This document shows positions 50,089 to 63,487 of a DNA stretch of 64,000 nt, in pieces. Under the pieces are notes generated by a model. The model was not told the DNA's origin, did no database searches, and saw nothing but the letters and a program-made list of their open reading frames with translations. The DNA comes from Octopus sinensis (lineage: Eukaryota), in contig NC_043015.1 of NCBI RefSeq assembly GCF_006345805.1, forward strand, positions 42,408,001 through 42,472,000, given 5' to 3'. Each line of letters starts with the position of its first letter. Position 1 is the first letter of the stretch. The translations under genes and the position numbers were made by a program.

Positions 50089-52633
50089 CTTTACGTTCTG
50101 AGTTCAAATTTTGTAGAGCTCAACTTTGCCTTTCATCTTTTTTTGGGGTTCATAAAATAAGTACCAGTTGAGCACTAGGGTTGACACAATCGACAAGACA
50201 CCACCCTATCTCCATCATAATTCCAGGCCCTGCGCCTGTAGTAGAACAGAAAAAGGAAGTGAAGGAAAAAGAAAAGATAAAAATGGGTAGCCTTTGTCAG
50301 CCTTGCTTCGCTTGAGAGAAAACTACAAGTTCAGCACAAATGATAAGCACTACCCCCATATCGTCTGGGATTACATTGCTGACAGTCGCATAATGTTTAG
50401 TAGAGAGATAACAGAGTGCTAGTCAAGGTATGCTCTATTTAGTTTGCTGCTTATCATCTTTTTGGTGATGATTATAGCAGCCTGGTGGGTGGTAAACTGG
50501 ATTCGGTGAGTATGTAGTGAACCCAATTGTTTGAAATTTAATATATATGTATGTTTGGTAACCAAGTACAGAATTTGAATTCATCGTCATTATCATGACC
50601 ATCACCATCACCATTTTAACTTCCAATTTCCCATGCTTGCATGGGTCAGACAGAATTCGCCAAGGCGAATTAAAGGCGGTGAGCTGGCAGAAACGTTAGC
50701 ACGCCGCCGGGCAGAATGCCTAGCGGCATTTCGTTTGTCGCTACATTCTGAGTTCAAATTCCGCCGAGGTCGACTTTGCCTTTCATCCTTTCGGGGTCGA
50801 TTAAATAAGTACCAGTTACGCACTGGGGTCGATACAATCGACTTAATCCGTTTGTCTGTCCTTGTTTGTCCCAAGGTGGATTTTCTATGGCTGGATGACC
50901 TATCTTTTGCTAATCCCCATCTGTTTTGATGCCAGGTAATATTTCCCCCAATGCTGGACATGTTTTCATAGGCGACTGGAAACGAGCGATTCTGTATGAT
51001 TTATAACTATTCAATGATGTCAAGACAAGAAGATACAAACATACACACACATATAAACATATATATATTTCTTTACTACCCACATGGGGCTAAACATAGA
51101 GGGGACAAACAAGGAGAGACAAAGGGATTAAGTCGATTACATCGACCCCAGTGCGAAACTGGTGCTTTATTTATCGACCCCGAAAGGATGAAAGGCAAAG
51201 TCAACCTCGGTGGCATATCATCATCATCATCATCATTTAACGTCCGTTTTCCATGCTAGCATGGGTTGGACGGTTCGACTAGGGTCTGGTAAGCCAAGGA
51301 GGCTGCACCAGGCTCTAGTCTGATTTGTGCAACCTCCTTGGCTTACCAGACCCTGGTCGAACTGTCCAACCCATGCTACACACACACATGTACAGACTCA
51401 CACAAACACACATGAACGATGGGCTTCTTTTGGTTTCCATCTACCACACCCACTCACAAGGCTTTGATCAGCCTGGGGCTATAGTGAAAGACACTTGCCC
51501 AAAATGTTATGTAATGGGGCAGAAAACAAGCCATATGGTCAGGAAACCAACTTAGTACCACCATGCTTGCACCTACAGGAAGTTATAAAAGAAAGAAAAT
51601 AAAGGATGTTGGCACCACTTTTATGTGTATGAATTGTTTATGTTTGTTTATAGCAAATAAAAAAAAAACATAAATTGTTCTCGTTAAGAATTACCAGAAA
51701 GGAGTCTGAAAGTAAATATTTTAAAATTGTTTCATTAAAAATGGAGAACATTATTTCGCAAGGATTCTAAATTTGTTTTGGTTTGCAGTAGAAAAATTCA
51801 GAACCCAAATAACAATGGAATAAATATACAACAGACCTAGTTTACTATTTGTAAAATAATACCATCTTCCCTTTACTTAGTCTTAGCTTGGTATTTAAGT
51901 AAGCACTTAGAATGTGTTTAGTATCTTAACTATTTTGTTACCATATTTCTGTTAAAAAAAAAATCACAGGAGTGGCTGTGTGGTAAGTAGCTTGCTTACC
52001 AACCACATGGTTCCGGGTTCAGTCCCACTGCGTGGTACCTTGGGCAAGTGGCTTCTACATTGGGCCTACTAAAGCCTTGTGAGTGGATTTGGTAGATGGA
52101 AACTGAAAGAAGCCCATCATTTGTGTGTGTTTGTGTTTGTCACCCCAACATCGCTTGACAACCAATGCTGGTGTGTTTACATTGCCGTAACTTAGCGGTT
52201 CGGCAAAAGAGACCGATAGAATAAGTACTAGGCTTACAAAGAATAAGTCCTGGGTTTGATTTGCTCGACTAAAAGGTGGTGCTCCAGCATGGCCGCAGTC
52301 AAAATGACTGAAACAAGTAAAAGAGAGTAAAGAGCTATTGTTTCAATTAATTTTTAAAATAGTGATGAGTTTAGTAAAATAATTTTGTCGTTATTAAGAT
52401 GGTGTTTGAAACATGAATTAAAATGAAATTTTGATGGAAGATTTTAATTTAGATGGCTTTGTCCCTTTGGCATTTAAATTACACTGTCAAATGTAACGTT
52501 AATTTATTCATGTTTTGAATTAGTTGGGCTCAAGAGGGTTATAAACACTGTAGCTTTGTTAACTTTTTGCAGGCAGACTTGAAATTTTGTCAGCTTGTGT
52601 ATGAAATACCAATGGTTTTAGTGTCAGGAGGTG

Positions 52634-53198
52634 TTGGGTTGTCTGGAAAGTTCATGCCGATTTTTAAAGGAAAGAAAAAGGTCAATAAATACTTGCCATT
52701 ACATTTTTAATCAACCAAATATGAACCATTTTGTTGCAGAATGCATCTCTATCTTTCCGTTAACTTTAAAATACCCTCTTCCCAGAATTGAGGTGGTTTC
52801 ATGGCAAAGAATTCATCAAGGTATCTTTTTACGTCATCCAAGGAATTGAAATTTTTACCATTAAGACTATTCTACAGAGACCTGAATAACTGAAAATCCG
52901 AAGGAACAATATCTGGTGAATATGGAGGGTGGGGTAACACATCCCAGCCAAGCTGCAGCAATTTTTGTCTGGTTCCAAAAGCATCAAGTGCCGAAAATGA
53001 ACTTTCTTATCTTCCATTTTAAGGATTTACAAAATTAACACAGGTTATATGAACATAAATCTTCTTCCACGAAAAGATAGCTTAAACTGTGTTCTAAATG
53101 GAGGTGTAGTCAAATCCTATTTTATGGACTCAACCATGTCTAAAATAAGTCGAAAGGTAAGCTACTATAAATTGGCACAAACTTTCCGGACAACCCAA
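52634..53198 (-). mobile_element. Internally deleted mariner element with about 30-bp TIRs
   Basis: LGWDVLPHPPYSPDIVPSDFQLFRSL...NGSYLVD* (YSPDLAPSD motif); TIRs ttgggttgtctggaaagttcatgcc / ggcacaaactttccggacaacccaa; TA on the right side. Confidence 0.9.
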
Positions 53199-54414
53199 TA
53201 CATCCAGCCACAGAAACCAAACCAAAAGAGAGTATGGAACCTGGCATGGTCCTTGACTCTGCCAGTTCTGGTCAAGCCGTCCAGTGCATGCCAGTATGGA
53301 AAATAGACGTTAAATGATGATGATTTGTCATGTATTTTCAATGGAGCCAAGGATATATATTGTATTGATATCGTATTATTTAACCATATTGTTGTAATAT
53401 TCTGAATGGCGTTCTTTAGCTATCATTATACTTGGACAAAAATTCAGTAACATCTCTATCTGATCCATCTGAAGCTAGGTTACTAGTATTCTCATTTTTT
53501 TTCTACTACATCTTGTATCGAAATGTCACAAGCTGAAGTCATCATTAATTACAAAAATATCAATCACCCCTTCAAATGCGGAAAAAATAGACATGCACTG
53601 TTAAAAATTTCACAGTATTTACAACTGTTTCTAGACAGAAATGACTTTATCTAACATTACCATGTCACTTCAAGATTTCAATAATATGATTAAATATGAT
53701 TAGCTATTTCTAGAATGATATTGTAGGGTAGGCATGAAAGGCCTGGGCCTCAGACACAGCCAGTTTAACCATTTAAAAAGAAATATGCTTGCCAATTATG
53801 CAGTTTCTAGTTCAGGCCCACTGTGCAATGTCACATGACCATCAAAATCTTGGGAGTAGATGGAAACTGAAAGAAGCTGTTATGCATATATATGTGTGTG
53901 GGTGCGTTTGTTTACATTTTTGCTCTACAAAAATATGGTCCCAAAATATTCAGGCCATATATGGCCCAAATATTCAACTAGTTTTATGTTGAAAAGGTGG
54001 CAAGCTGGCAGAAACATTAGCACGCCGGGCGAAATGCTTGGAGGTATTTCGTCTGCCGCTACGTTCTGAGTTCAAATTCCGCCGAAGTCGACTTTGCCTG
54101 TCATCTTTTCGGGGTCAATTAAATAAGTACCAGTTACGCACTGGGGTCGATGTGATTGACTCAATCCGTTTGTCTGTCCTTGTTTGTCCTCTCTACGCTT
54201 AGCCCCTTGTGGGTAATAAAGAAATAGGTTTTATGATAAAACTGACCCGATCCAGCCTCTCACACCTATCCTACAATGTCATTCTAAAAATATACAAACG
54301 CACCACTGAAATCTTGAAGCTGCAGAAATAATCTGTGATTAATTCAAAGAAATATGAATAAATAAGCAATACATTTGACAAAAAAATCTGAACACTAAAG
54401 GTTTAAAGGATTAA

Positions 54415-54635
54415 CCCTTTTGATACCAACCCGGCTGAAACCGACTCTGGCTCTTTAGTATAAATGTCTTGTTTTCATAAGTTTTGAATTCAAATATTCC
54501 ACCAAATCTTAGTCACAATTTATGTTCCTAACACTAGCTTAATGATAACGATGTTATTTTACTAAATTCTTTGTGATATTCAAAATAATTTGAAGAAACA
54601 CAGAGCATCTCAAAATTAATGCAGTAACAAAAGGG
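54415..54635. mobile_element. piggyBac-like MITE
   Basis: TTAA-cccttt...aaaggg-TTAA; related decayed pieces near 6960-7180, 13735-13850, 28890-29030, 48870-49060, 52335-52540. Confidence 0.75.
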
Positions 54636-57600
54636 TTAAAGGTCAAATCATGAAATTTGCATCATAGAATCGGAGGGCCATTATGTCTCGTATGTTGAGT
54701 GTATGGCAATAAGGAGAGGCCTACAATATTGACACTTCTGTGTATGCAGAACAGAGAGAGAGATTATTGAGTGGGGTACATAGAAACAAGTTCTGTGCAT
54801 CAGCAATGCTTATATGTGTGGTGAGCAACAGAAAAATCTATTCTTGTACAGCCAGGACTTCAGTTCTTAATACATGTTACAACATGATAGCGTGCAGCTG
54901 CGTCTGGTGTGACATGAGAAGATGTGATTCTGATGTCACCGGTATAATATAATAACATATGTGCATTATGTGGTAGGTGCCGAGGTGTCGTGCAATACAA
55001 GAGAGAGAGAGAGAGGGGAGACAGTCGAGGGACCATTTTTGGACAACTACAAATCTTTTGAGTTTCTGTTAGATGATAGGTGTGCAGCTACTGTCTGAAG
55101 ATATGGTTGACTAGGCCAGCCATGATTTTTTTAAAAATAATTATTTTGTATTTAGTTTTTTGGTAATTAATGAAAATAATTAGATATCAACATTTTAAAT
55201 CCAATATAAATTTTTCAGGTTTGTCTTGCCAAAAATATGACCCTCTGTTTTTCCAACATTTGGCAAAGTCCCTAAGTTTTTAACAAATTGATTTCATTAA
55301 AAATCTCAATCATGCCTAATAAAATATCGCTAGTGTGTGTGTGTGTGTGTACATATGTATAGGCACAGGCATAGTTAAGAAGTTTGCTTCCCAACCATGA
55401 GGTCTGGGTTCAATCCACGTGAGACACCTTGAGCAAGTGTCTTCTACTATAGCTCTGGACTGACCGAAGCCTTACAAGTGGGTTTAGTAGATGGAAACCT
55501 AAATAATAGGGGGTGGTTGGAATAGGCAGGTGGGTCGGACATTTGTTTAAATTCATATAAACGGGTGGGAATCAGTAACTGTATAGTGTACGTACAAAAA
55601 TTAGGAAAAAAGCATCTTAAAGCACATATAACGACACAACGAGGCAAAAGAAATTAACAAGAGGCAAGTGAAATTAGCACATACGTGTGCTTCAACTGTT
55701 CACTTTAGTTAAGATATACATTTGGCCCTTCCCACAAATTGTTGGCCTTGTGCCTAAATGAGAAATCATTATTTGAAATTTTCTAGGCAGTCACCCTTGA
55801 TTTTCTTTTAAAACCAGAATTAGATATTTAGTCTATATATTCTATATTATAGTCTGTGCCTCTCTCTCTTTCGGAGAGGTACTGAGCAGCTATACGCACA
55901 CATACACACACGGCAGTAACTTCCGCCTACCGAATTCAATCACAAAGCTCCGGTCGGCTCGGGGCTATAGTAGAAGACACCTACTCAAAGTGCCACGCGG
56001 TGGGACTGAACCCAAAACCATGTAGCTAGGAAGCAAGCTCCCTAACCACACAGCCATGCCTGTGCCTCATCATCATCATTTAACGTCTGCTTTCCATGCT
56101 AGCATAGGTTGGAAGGTTCAACTAGGGTCTGGGAGGCCAGAAGGCTGCACCAGGCTCCAGTCAGATCTGGCAGGGCCTGGTGCAGCCTTCGGGCTTCCCA
56201 ATTCTATATATTATATATTATATTCTATATATTATATATTATATTCTATATATTATATTCTATATTCTATATTATATAACATATGGTATTACTTGTAATG
56301 TTCTTTTTTTTTTGTCATATATACATAGGTTTTTAAAGTAAAATAAAATTATTAGATTCTCCAGCTGTTATATTTGTATCAATATGAATAGCTAACAACA
56401 AAAGTTTCACTGGAGATAGATTAACAGAATTTAATAAGGGTTAGGGTTAGGGTTGGAATAAAAATGGGGTGATCTTAAAAATCAATAAGCTGGGGGGAGG
56501 ACGAGTATTCAAGACCACAGAGTACATGTGTGTGCGTGTGTGTGTGTGTGTTTGTCTTGATTGTCATTGCATGACTGTAGAAAATGAGCATCATTCATTT
56601 CAGAAATTCTGCAAAATCATGTCTGGCCTGGCTACGAAGAAATATCTCCTTACTAAGAAACAAGTGAGGGTTGGCGATAGGCAGGGCACCCAGCTGTAGA
56701 AAATTTGCACCCCCACCCCGCCATAACTTCCATCCAACCCACACAAGCATGGAGAAGTGAACGTTAATGATCATGACAATGGTGATGATGACTGAAGCAA
56801 TTCCAGATTCAACACCTTATACTTGAATTGCAGAAGAAAAAAAAAAAGATAAATAAATAGGCGTAGGAGTGGCTGTGTGGTAAGTAGCTTGCTTACGAAC
56901 CACATGGTTCCGGGTTCAGTCCCACTGCGTGGCACCTTGGGCAAGTGTCTTCTGCTATAGCCTTGGGCCGACCAAAGCCTTATGAGTGGATTTGGTAGAC
57001 GGAAACTGAAAGAAGCCCGTCGTATATATATATGTATATATATATATATATGTATGTATGTATGTGTGTGTGTATGTCCGTGTGTCTGTGTTTGTCCCCT
57101 CCAACATCGCTTGACAACCGATGCTGGTGTGTATACGTCCCCGTAACTTAGCGGTTCGGCAAAAGAGACTGATAGAATAAGTACTGGGTTTACAAAGGAA
57201 TAAGTCCTGGGGTCGATTCGTTCGACTAAAGGCGGTGCTCCAGTATGGCCACAGTCAAATGACTGAAACAAGTAAAAGAGCAAAAGAAATAAAATAACCC
57301 CCACCACAAAAAAAAAACCCAACAACCCTAAATCTTACTGTTAATGTCACTGCAACACTTGGTTATAATATACTTGTGCATTAGTACGAAACAGAAACAA
57401 TGTGTGCAACTGGTGCAGTTGTGTATTTTGTTGGAAGAAGAAGAAGAGCAATTGTTTCTCATACACTTGATGTCACTCCAATTGACGTGTGCTTACGCTT
57501 TGCTTTGAGGATATATAAACACACAAATTACAATCTACACCAGCTTATTGTTTCTCCCCACCAATACTAGCTTCTATGTTGTTCTTTATATTTGAAACTA

Positions 57601-57742
57601 CCCCAGTCAGAGAGAGTAAATATCAAAGGGATCAGTTTCACACATAAAATGTGTCTGGGTGGGTATGTATGTATGTATGTATGAGAGAGAGAGAGAGAGA
57701 GAGAGAAAGGGAGTGTATGTATGCTGGAATGTGTGTATAAGT

Positions 57743-58440
57743 ACATCATCATCATCATCATCGTCGTTTAACGTCTGCTTTCCATGCTGGCATGGGTTGG
57801 ACAGTTTGACTGAAGACTGGTGAGCCACAAGGCTGGACAACAAAAAACGACAGTCAAGGCTGATCTGGAACCCAACCTAGGCCCCCCATGTCTACGGCGT
57901 TCGCTGCTGGAATAAGGAGTGGTTGGAGATCATGCGGTCGTTAGCCGCAAATCGCCAGGCCTGGTCGGCGTTTGTGAGAGATGCAGCATTGAGGATGAAT
58001 GAAGCCAGCTCAACCCACCCCGGGTGAATGCTGTAAGAAGAAAAAGAAGAAGCCACAAGGCTGCATCAGGCTCAATCTGATCTGGCAAAGTTTCTACAGC
58101 TGGATGCCCTTCCTAATGCCAACCACTCTGAGAGTGTAGTGGGTGCTTTTACGTGCCACTGGCATGAGGGCCAGTCAAGCAGTTCTGGCAACGACCACGC
58201 TCAAAAGGTGTTTTTAACATGCTACCTGCACGGGAGCCAGTCCAGTGGCACTGGCAAGGACCATGCTCAAATGTCGTTTCTCACGTGCCGGTGAGGCGAT
58301 GCTGGCAACTATTACACTCAAATGTGTGCATTTTACGTGCCACCAGCACGGGGAGCCAATCTGTGGCCCTGGTAAAGATCACACTCGGATGTGCTACTAA
58401 TGTTCCATTGGCACAAGTGCCAATCAGGTGGTACTGTCAT
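57743..58440 (-). mobile_element. Family D copy interrupted by a second LINE
   Basis: D sequence breaks at 57835 and resumes at 58051. Confidence 0.8.
57836..58050 (+). mobile_element. 5'-truncated LINE of a second RTE-like family, 13-bp TSD
   Basis: TTVKADLEP...HVYGVRCWNKEWLEIMRSLAANRQAWSAFVRDAALRMNEASSTHPG* then aagaagaaaaagaaga tail; agccacaaggctg at 57823-57835 and 58051-58063. Confidence 0.85.
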
Positions 58441-61400
58441 CGGCCATTTTGTGGGCACTCACAAATTACAGAGGGTCTATGGATATGTATGTTGTGTGTG
58501 TGTGTGTGTGAGACAAATCGAGAGGGAGGAAGGCGGGGGTGGTGTTGGTGGGGGGGGGACAGAATATGAAGCAGCTTTACTGAGTAAGGGAGACTGGTGT
58601 TCTAAAAATATAAGCATAAAAATAACAACAGCAATAATAATAATAAAATAGAATAAAAGGATGGACTTCCAAATCAGGAAAACGACAATTGTTTTCTGAC
58701 CATTGTTTCTGCAATTAGAACGCTGGCAAAACGAAACATATTTACATAACTACTTTGCAAACAGACAAAGCTATCAAAAAGAAAAACAAAAAAAAAACAA
58801 TAATAATAATGATAACGAGAGAGAGAGAGAGAGAGAGAGACACTTAAAGACAAGAGAGAGTGAACTCCACAACGCAACAATACCAAACAATTAACTCCTT
58901 CAACTCCAACTTGCAACTACAAGCACAAATTAACACACACACACACACATGCTCACACACACTCACTCACACACATACACACTCTCACTCACACACACCC
59001 CCACTCACCCCCACTCACTCACACACTCACTCACTCACTCACTCACACACACTCACTCACACACACATACACAATCTCAGCCCAGACTTTTGAATATGTC
59101 AGTCAATTTACATCCACTTTCTCTGCGAGCTTCTACATGGTCACTAGAACCACAAGAAATAGCAGCCAAACCACTCTACCATGTTCTCCCACTTACACAT
59201 CTCAAAATGTAATACTTATTTATTCACAATGTTTTGAATTTATCCTGCATTTTGTTTTTGTAGCCTTGGGATTTCAATGATGTGATTGTTTATTTTTAGA
59301 CTAACATTGTAGGGTAAGTATGAGAGGCTGGATCTGGCCTATTTTTACATAAAACAGGCAGAATATTTTGGCTGGATATCAACATCATCATCATTCAATG
59401 TCTGCTCTCCATGCTGGCATGGGTTAGCCAGCTTGACAGGAACTGGCAAACCGGAGAGCTGCACCACGTTTCAGTCTGAATTTGGTTTGGTTTCCATGGC
59501 TAGATGCTCTTCCTAATGCCAACCACTCCAAAAGTGTAAAGGTCCCCTTTGGTCATAAATGACCATGGGATTGCATCTAAAATGTTCCCCTTTGAGGCAC
59601 AAGTCTGGGCAGGTTGCTTATGGAAGACCCTCTCCATGCCACTAATAAGGGAAGGGCATATGGATCAATACAGCTTGGCACCAGTGATGCAATAACTCAC
59701 TTCTACAGCTGAGCGACCTGGAGCAACATGAAATAAAGTGTTTTCCTCAAGAACACAACACAGAGCCCGGTCTGGGTATCAAACTCACTACCTCATGATT
59801 GCTAGCTTAACGCTCTAACCACTGGAAGTGTAGTGGGTGCCTTTTACATGTAACCAGCGCCAGCCACAACTACAATTTCACTTGGCTGGCCAGTTTAAAT
59901 GCTAAAGTGTTAATGCTCCAAACCCCATCTTGATAATGGAGGCACTTGGCCTAGTGGTTAGAGCACCGGACTCGCTGTCGAGGGATCGCCGGTTCGAATC
60001 TCAGACCGGGTGATGTGTGTGTTTATGAGCGAAATACCTAAGCTCCACGCAGCTTCAGCAGAAGGTAATGACGAAACTTCTGCTGACTCTTTCGCCACAA
60101 TTTTCTCTCACTCTTTCCTCCTGCATCGTGCAGCTCACCTGCGACTGACCGGCGTCCCGTCCAGGTGGGGAACCTATACGCCAAGGAAACCGGCCCTTGT
60201 GAGCCAGGAATGGCTCGAAAAGGAACAAACATCTTGATAATGACCATTAGTTTACTAGAACCTTCATTTTTTTCCACCCCCAAAATTAATTGAAACAAAG
60301 GCAATATGTTAATGACTTCAACAAAAGAAATGTGATGGATCCCATTAGAACCTGCAAGCAACTGCAAGAAGAAAGAGTACACACAATATTTCTCTGCCTA
60401 TAACCATGTCACCAAAAAGGGCGGCGAGCGGGCAGAATCGTTAGCACGCCGGGCGAAATGCGTAGCCGTATTTCTTCTGCCGTTACGTTCTGAGTTCAAA
60501 TTCCGCTGAGGTCGACTTTGCCTTTCATCCTTTCGGGGTCGATAAATTAAGTACCAGTTACGCACTGGGGTCGATGTAATCGACTTAATCCTTTTGTCTA
60601 TCCTTGTTTGTCCTCTCTGTGTTTAGCCCCTTGTGGGTAGTAAAGAAACAGATAACCATGTCACCAAATCAACTCACTTTTGATGGATAACTGAACAGTA
60701 TGAGATATATATTGTCTTAAAACCTAAACCAACACAAACAGATTAATAAATTCAAAGGTACTTATTTATTTTGCATATTTTTACACGCATACTCACCACA
60801 TCCTTCTTATTACCCCTCTCTCTCTTTTTCTTACTCTCTCTATCCCTTATTTTTTCCTCCACCCCACCTCACCCTCTGTACAGATAATATAGATTTACTC
60901 TTTTACTTGTTTCTGTCATTTGACTGCGGCCATGTTGGAGCACCGCCTTTAGTCGAGCAAATCGACCCCGGGACTTATTCTTTGTAAGTTCAGTACTTAT
61001 TCTATCGGTCTCTTTTGCCGAACCACTAAGTGACGGGGACGTAAACACACCAGCATCGGTTGTCAAGCAATGCTAGGGGGACAAACACAGACACACACAT
61101 ACATATATATATACATATATACGATGGGCTTCTTTCAGTTTCCGTCTACCAAATCCACTCACAAGGCATTGGTCAGCCCGGGGCTATAGCAGAAGATACT
61201 TGCCCAAGATGCCACGCAGTGGGACTGAACCTGGAACCGTGTGGTTGGTTAGCAAGCTACTTACCACACAGCCACTCCTACGCCTATATAGATTTCTTTT
61301 TTCTTTCTTTTTTTTTTTTTTTTTAATGATTGTCTGCATTCCCATCCAGAAAGAATAGCAAAACGTCTGACAGACTTGATGGTCTATTTACCGAGATGAA

Positions 61401-62406
61401 ACAACGATCGGTTAAATATAAACTCGGCAAACATTTTAATTCATAAAAATCAGGCATGGAACTGCTTTGAAGGTCTTGTGTAATGTGAGGGTGGGATGGA
61501 TGGAGGGTGGGATGGATGGAGGGTGGGCGAGTGGGGTGGCGACGGCGAGGTACGAGACAATATCAACAACAACAACAACAACGGAAAACCCAACTGATAG
61601 AAAAAAAAAGTATAGTAGACTGAACCGATGACTATTGTTCAAGGAAAAACCTCACATCGATAATATTATATGATGTGAGCGGAATGAAAAGAAAAGCACC
61701 TAGCAACAGAAAATTTATTTATTTATTTATTTTAGTTTTTATTCGTTTATTTATTCGTTCAATTACTGTATTAGATAATAAATGATGAAATATCAGCTCA
61801 ATTCAACATTCACAGCAGCAAAAGTACTACTCTGGGAGCTGCTGTGGATTTCACAGTTTTCGTTTCATTAGCAAATATATAGTAACGCACATACATACAC
61901 ATATATATACACACACACACACATATATATATACATACACACACACATATATATATATACACACACACACATATATATATATACACACACACACATATAT
62001 ATATATATACATACACACACACACATATATATATATACATATATACACACACACATATATATACATACATATATACACACACACATATATATACATACAT
62101 ACATATATATATACATACATACACCACACATATATATATACATATATATATACACACACATATATACATATATATACACACACATATATACATATATACA
62201 TACACACACATATATATATATATACATATATACACACACATATATACAAATACACACACACACACACACACATATACATATATACACACACACATATATA
62301 TATATATATACATACACACACACACCATATATACATATATATACGCACACACACATATACACATATATATACACACACACACACATATACATATATACAC
62401 ACACAT

Positions 62407-63120
62407 ATCATCATCATCATCATCATCATTTAACGTCCGCTTTCCATGCTAGCATGGGTTGGACGGTTCAACTGGTGTCTGGGGAGCCCGAAGGCTGCAC
62501 CAGGCCAGTCAGATCTGGCAGTGTTTCTACAGCTGGATGCCCTTCCTAACGCCAACCACTCCGAGAGTGTAGTGGGTGATTTTATGTGCCACCGACACAG
62601 GTGCCAGACGAGGCTGGCGAACGGCCACGCTCGGATGGTGTTTTTATGTGCCACCGACACAGGTGCCAGACAAGGCTGCAGACAGACGACTACGCTCGGA
62701 TGGGTTTTTTTTATGTGCCACCGACACAGGTGCCAGACGAGGCTGGCGAACGGCCACGCTCAGATGGTGTTTTTATGTGCCACTGACACAGGTGCCAGAC
62801 AAGGCTAGCAGACGACCACGCCCGGATGGTGTTTTTATGTGCCACCGACACAGGTGCCAGACGAGGCTGGCGAACGGCCACGCTCGGATGGTTTTTATGT
62901 GCCACCGACACAGGTGCCAGACAAGGCTAGCAGACGACCACGCTCGGATGGTGTTTTTTTTATGTGCACCGACACAGGAGCCAGATTTGGCTGGCGATCG
63001 GCCACGATTGGGTGGTGGTGATTGTACGTGCCCACAGCAGGGAGGCCAGTACTGTGCACACCCCCGTTCGGACGGTATTCTTGTGTGCCACCGGCACTGT
63101 ACCACAAGTACAAATTCCAT
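62407..63120 (-). mobile_element. Family D copy with about 6-7 units of about 62-65 bp
   Basis: Repeated tgtgccaccgacacaggtgccagac; 5' end atggaatttgta shared with the 36001 copy. Confidence 0.9.
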
Positions 63121-63487
63121 TGCTGTCATCTATTTTGATTGTGTCATCTATTTTGATTTTATCTATTTTGATTTTATATATATACATATATACACACACA
63201 CACACATATATACACACACACATACACATATACACACATACATATACATACACACACACACACATATATTAAAACTAATATAAGAAGAGACGGATGATTA
63301 TTATATGAATTATGTGGCTGGACAATGGTATCTATTTATCTATTTTACAGATTGATAATTTTAGCCACCAGAATCTGAAGAAAAAAATCTCAGTTCATTT
63401 CAAGAAAGCAATATAAAAATAAAACTCTGCTGATTATAATTTGGAATTCCGGAAAAAGTACAGATTATGAATGATCTTTTGCATGTC

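Larger units (their letters stand above)
10744..60650. mobile_element. Further family A copies: 10744-10975(-), 17281-17488(+), 21177-21408(-), 22214-22441(-), 25858-26089(-), 35762-35970(+), 46002-46195(-), 48235-48440(-), 50675-50873(+), 51066-51215(-), 53998-54228(+), 60419-60650(+)
   Basis: tRNA-like head with A/B boxes (tggcagaa, gagttcaaatt) and conserved gcctttcatcctttcggggtcgat domain; coordinates approximate. Confidence 0.85.
6585..61285. mobile_element. Further B/C copies: 6585-6938(-), 7930-8335(-), 8699-8910(-, C only), 10109-10270(-, B only), 18510-18896(-), 22880-23215(+), 24050-24455(-), 28333-28880(-), 34430-34908(-), 43656-43825(+, B), 45800-46355(-), 51967-52333(+), 56850-57285(+), 60895-61285(-)
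   Basis: Shared B head and C tail consensus; coordinates approximate. Confidence 0.85.
2575..62410. repeat. Long compound (AT)/(AC)/(ACAT) microsatellites: 2575-2733, 23370-23672, 45100-45440, 58930-59072, 61888-62408; (GAT/GGT)n 48130-48235; 21-bp AT-rich repeat 56200-56275
   Basis: Directly visible; source of the low-complexity YI/CV/HT ORFs. Confidence 0.95.

Noticed and set aside
56437-56454. (TTAGGG)3 telomere-like repeat
   Set aside because: Too short to separate from chance or a transposon-internal motif
61810-62429. Cys/Val/Tyr/Ile-rich and His/Thr-rich ORFs (also 2553-2798, 23307-23800, 45004-45518)
   Set aside because: Dinucleotide microsatellite translations
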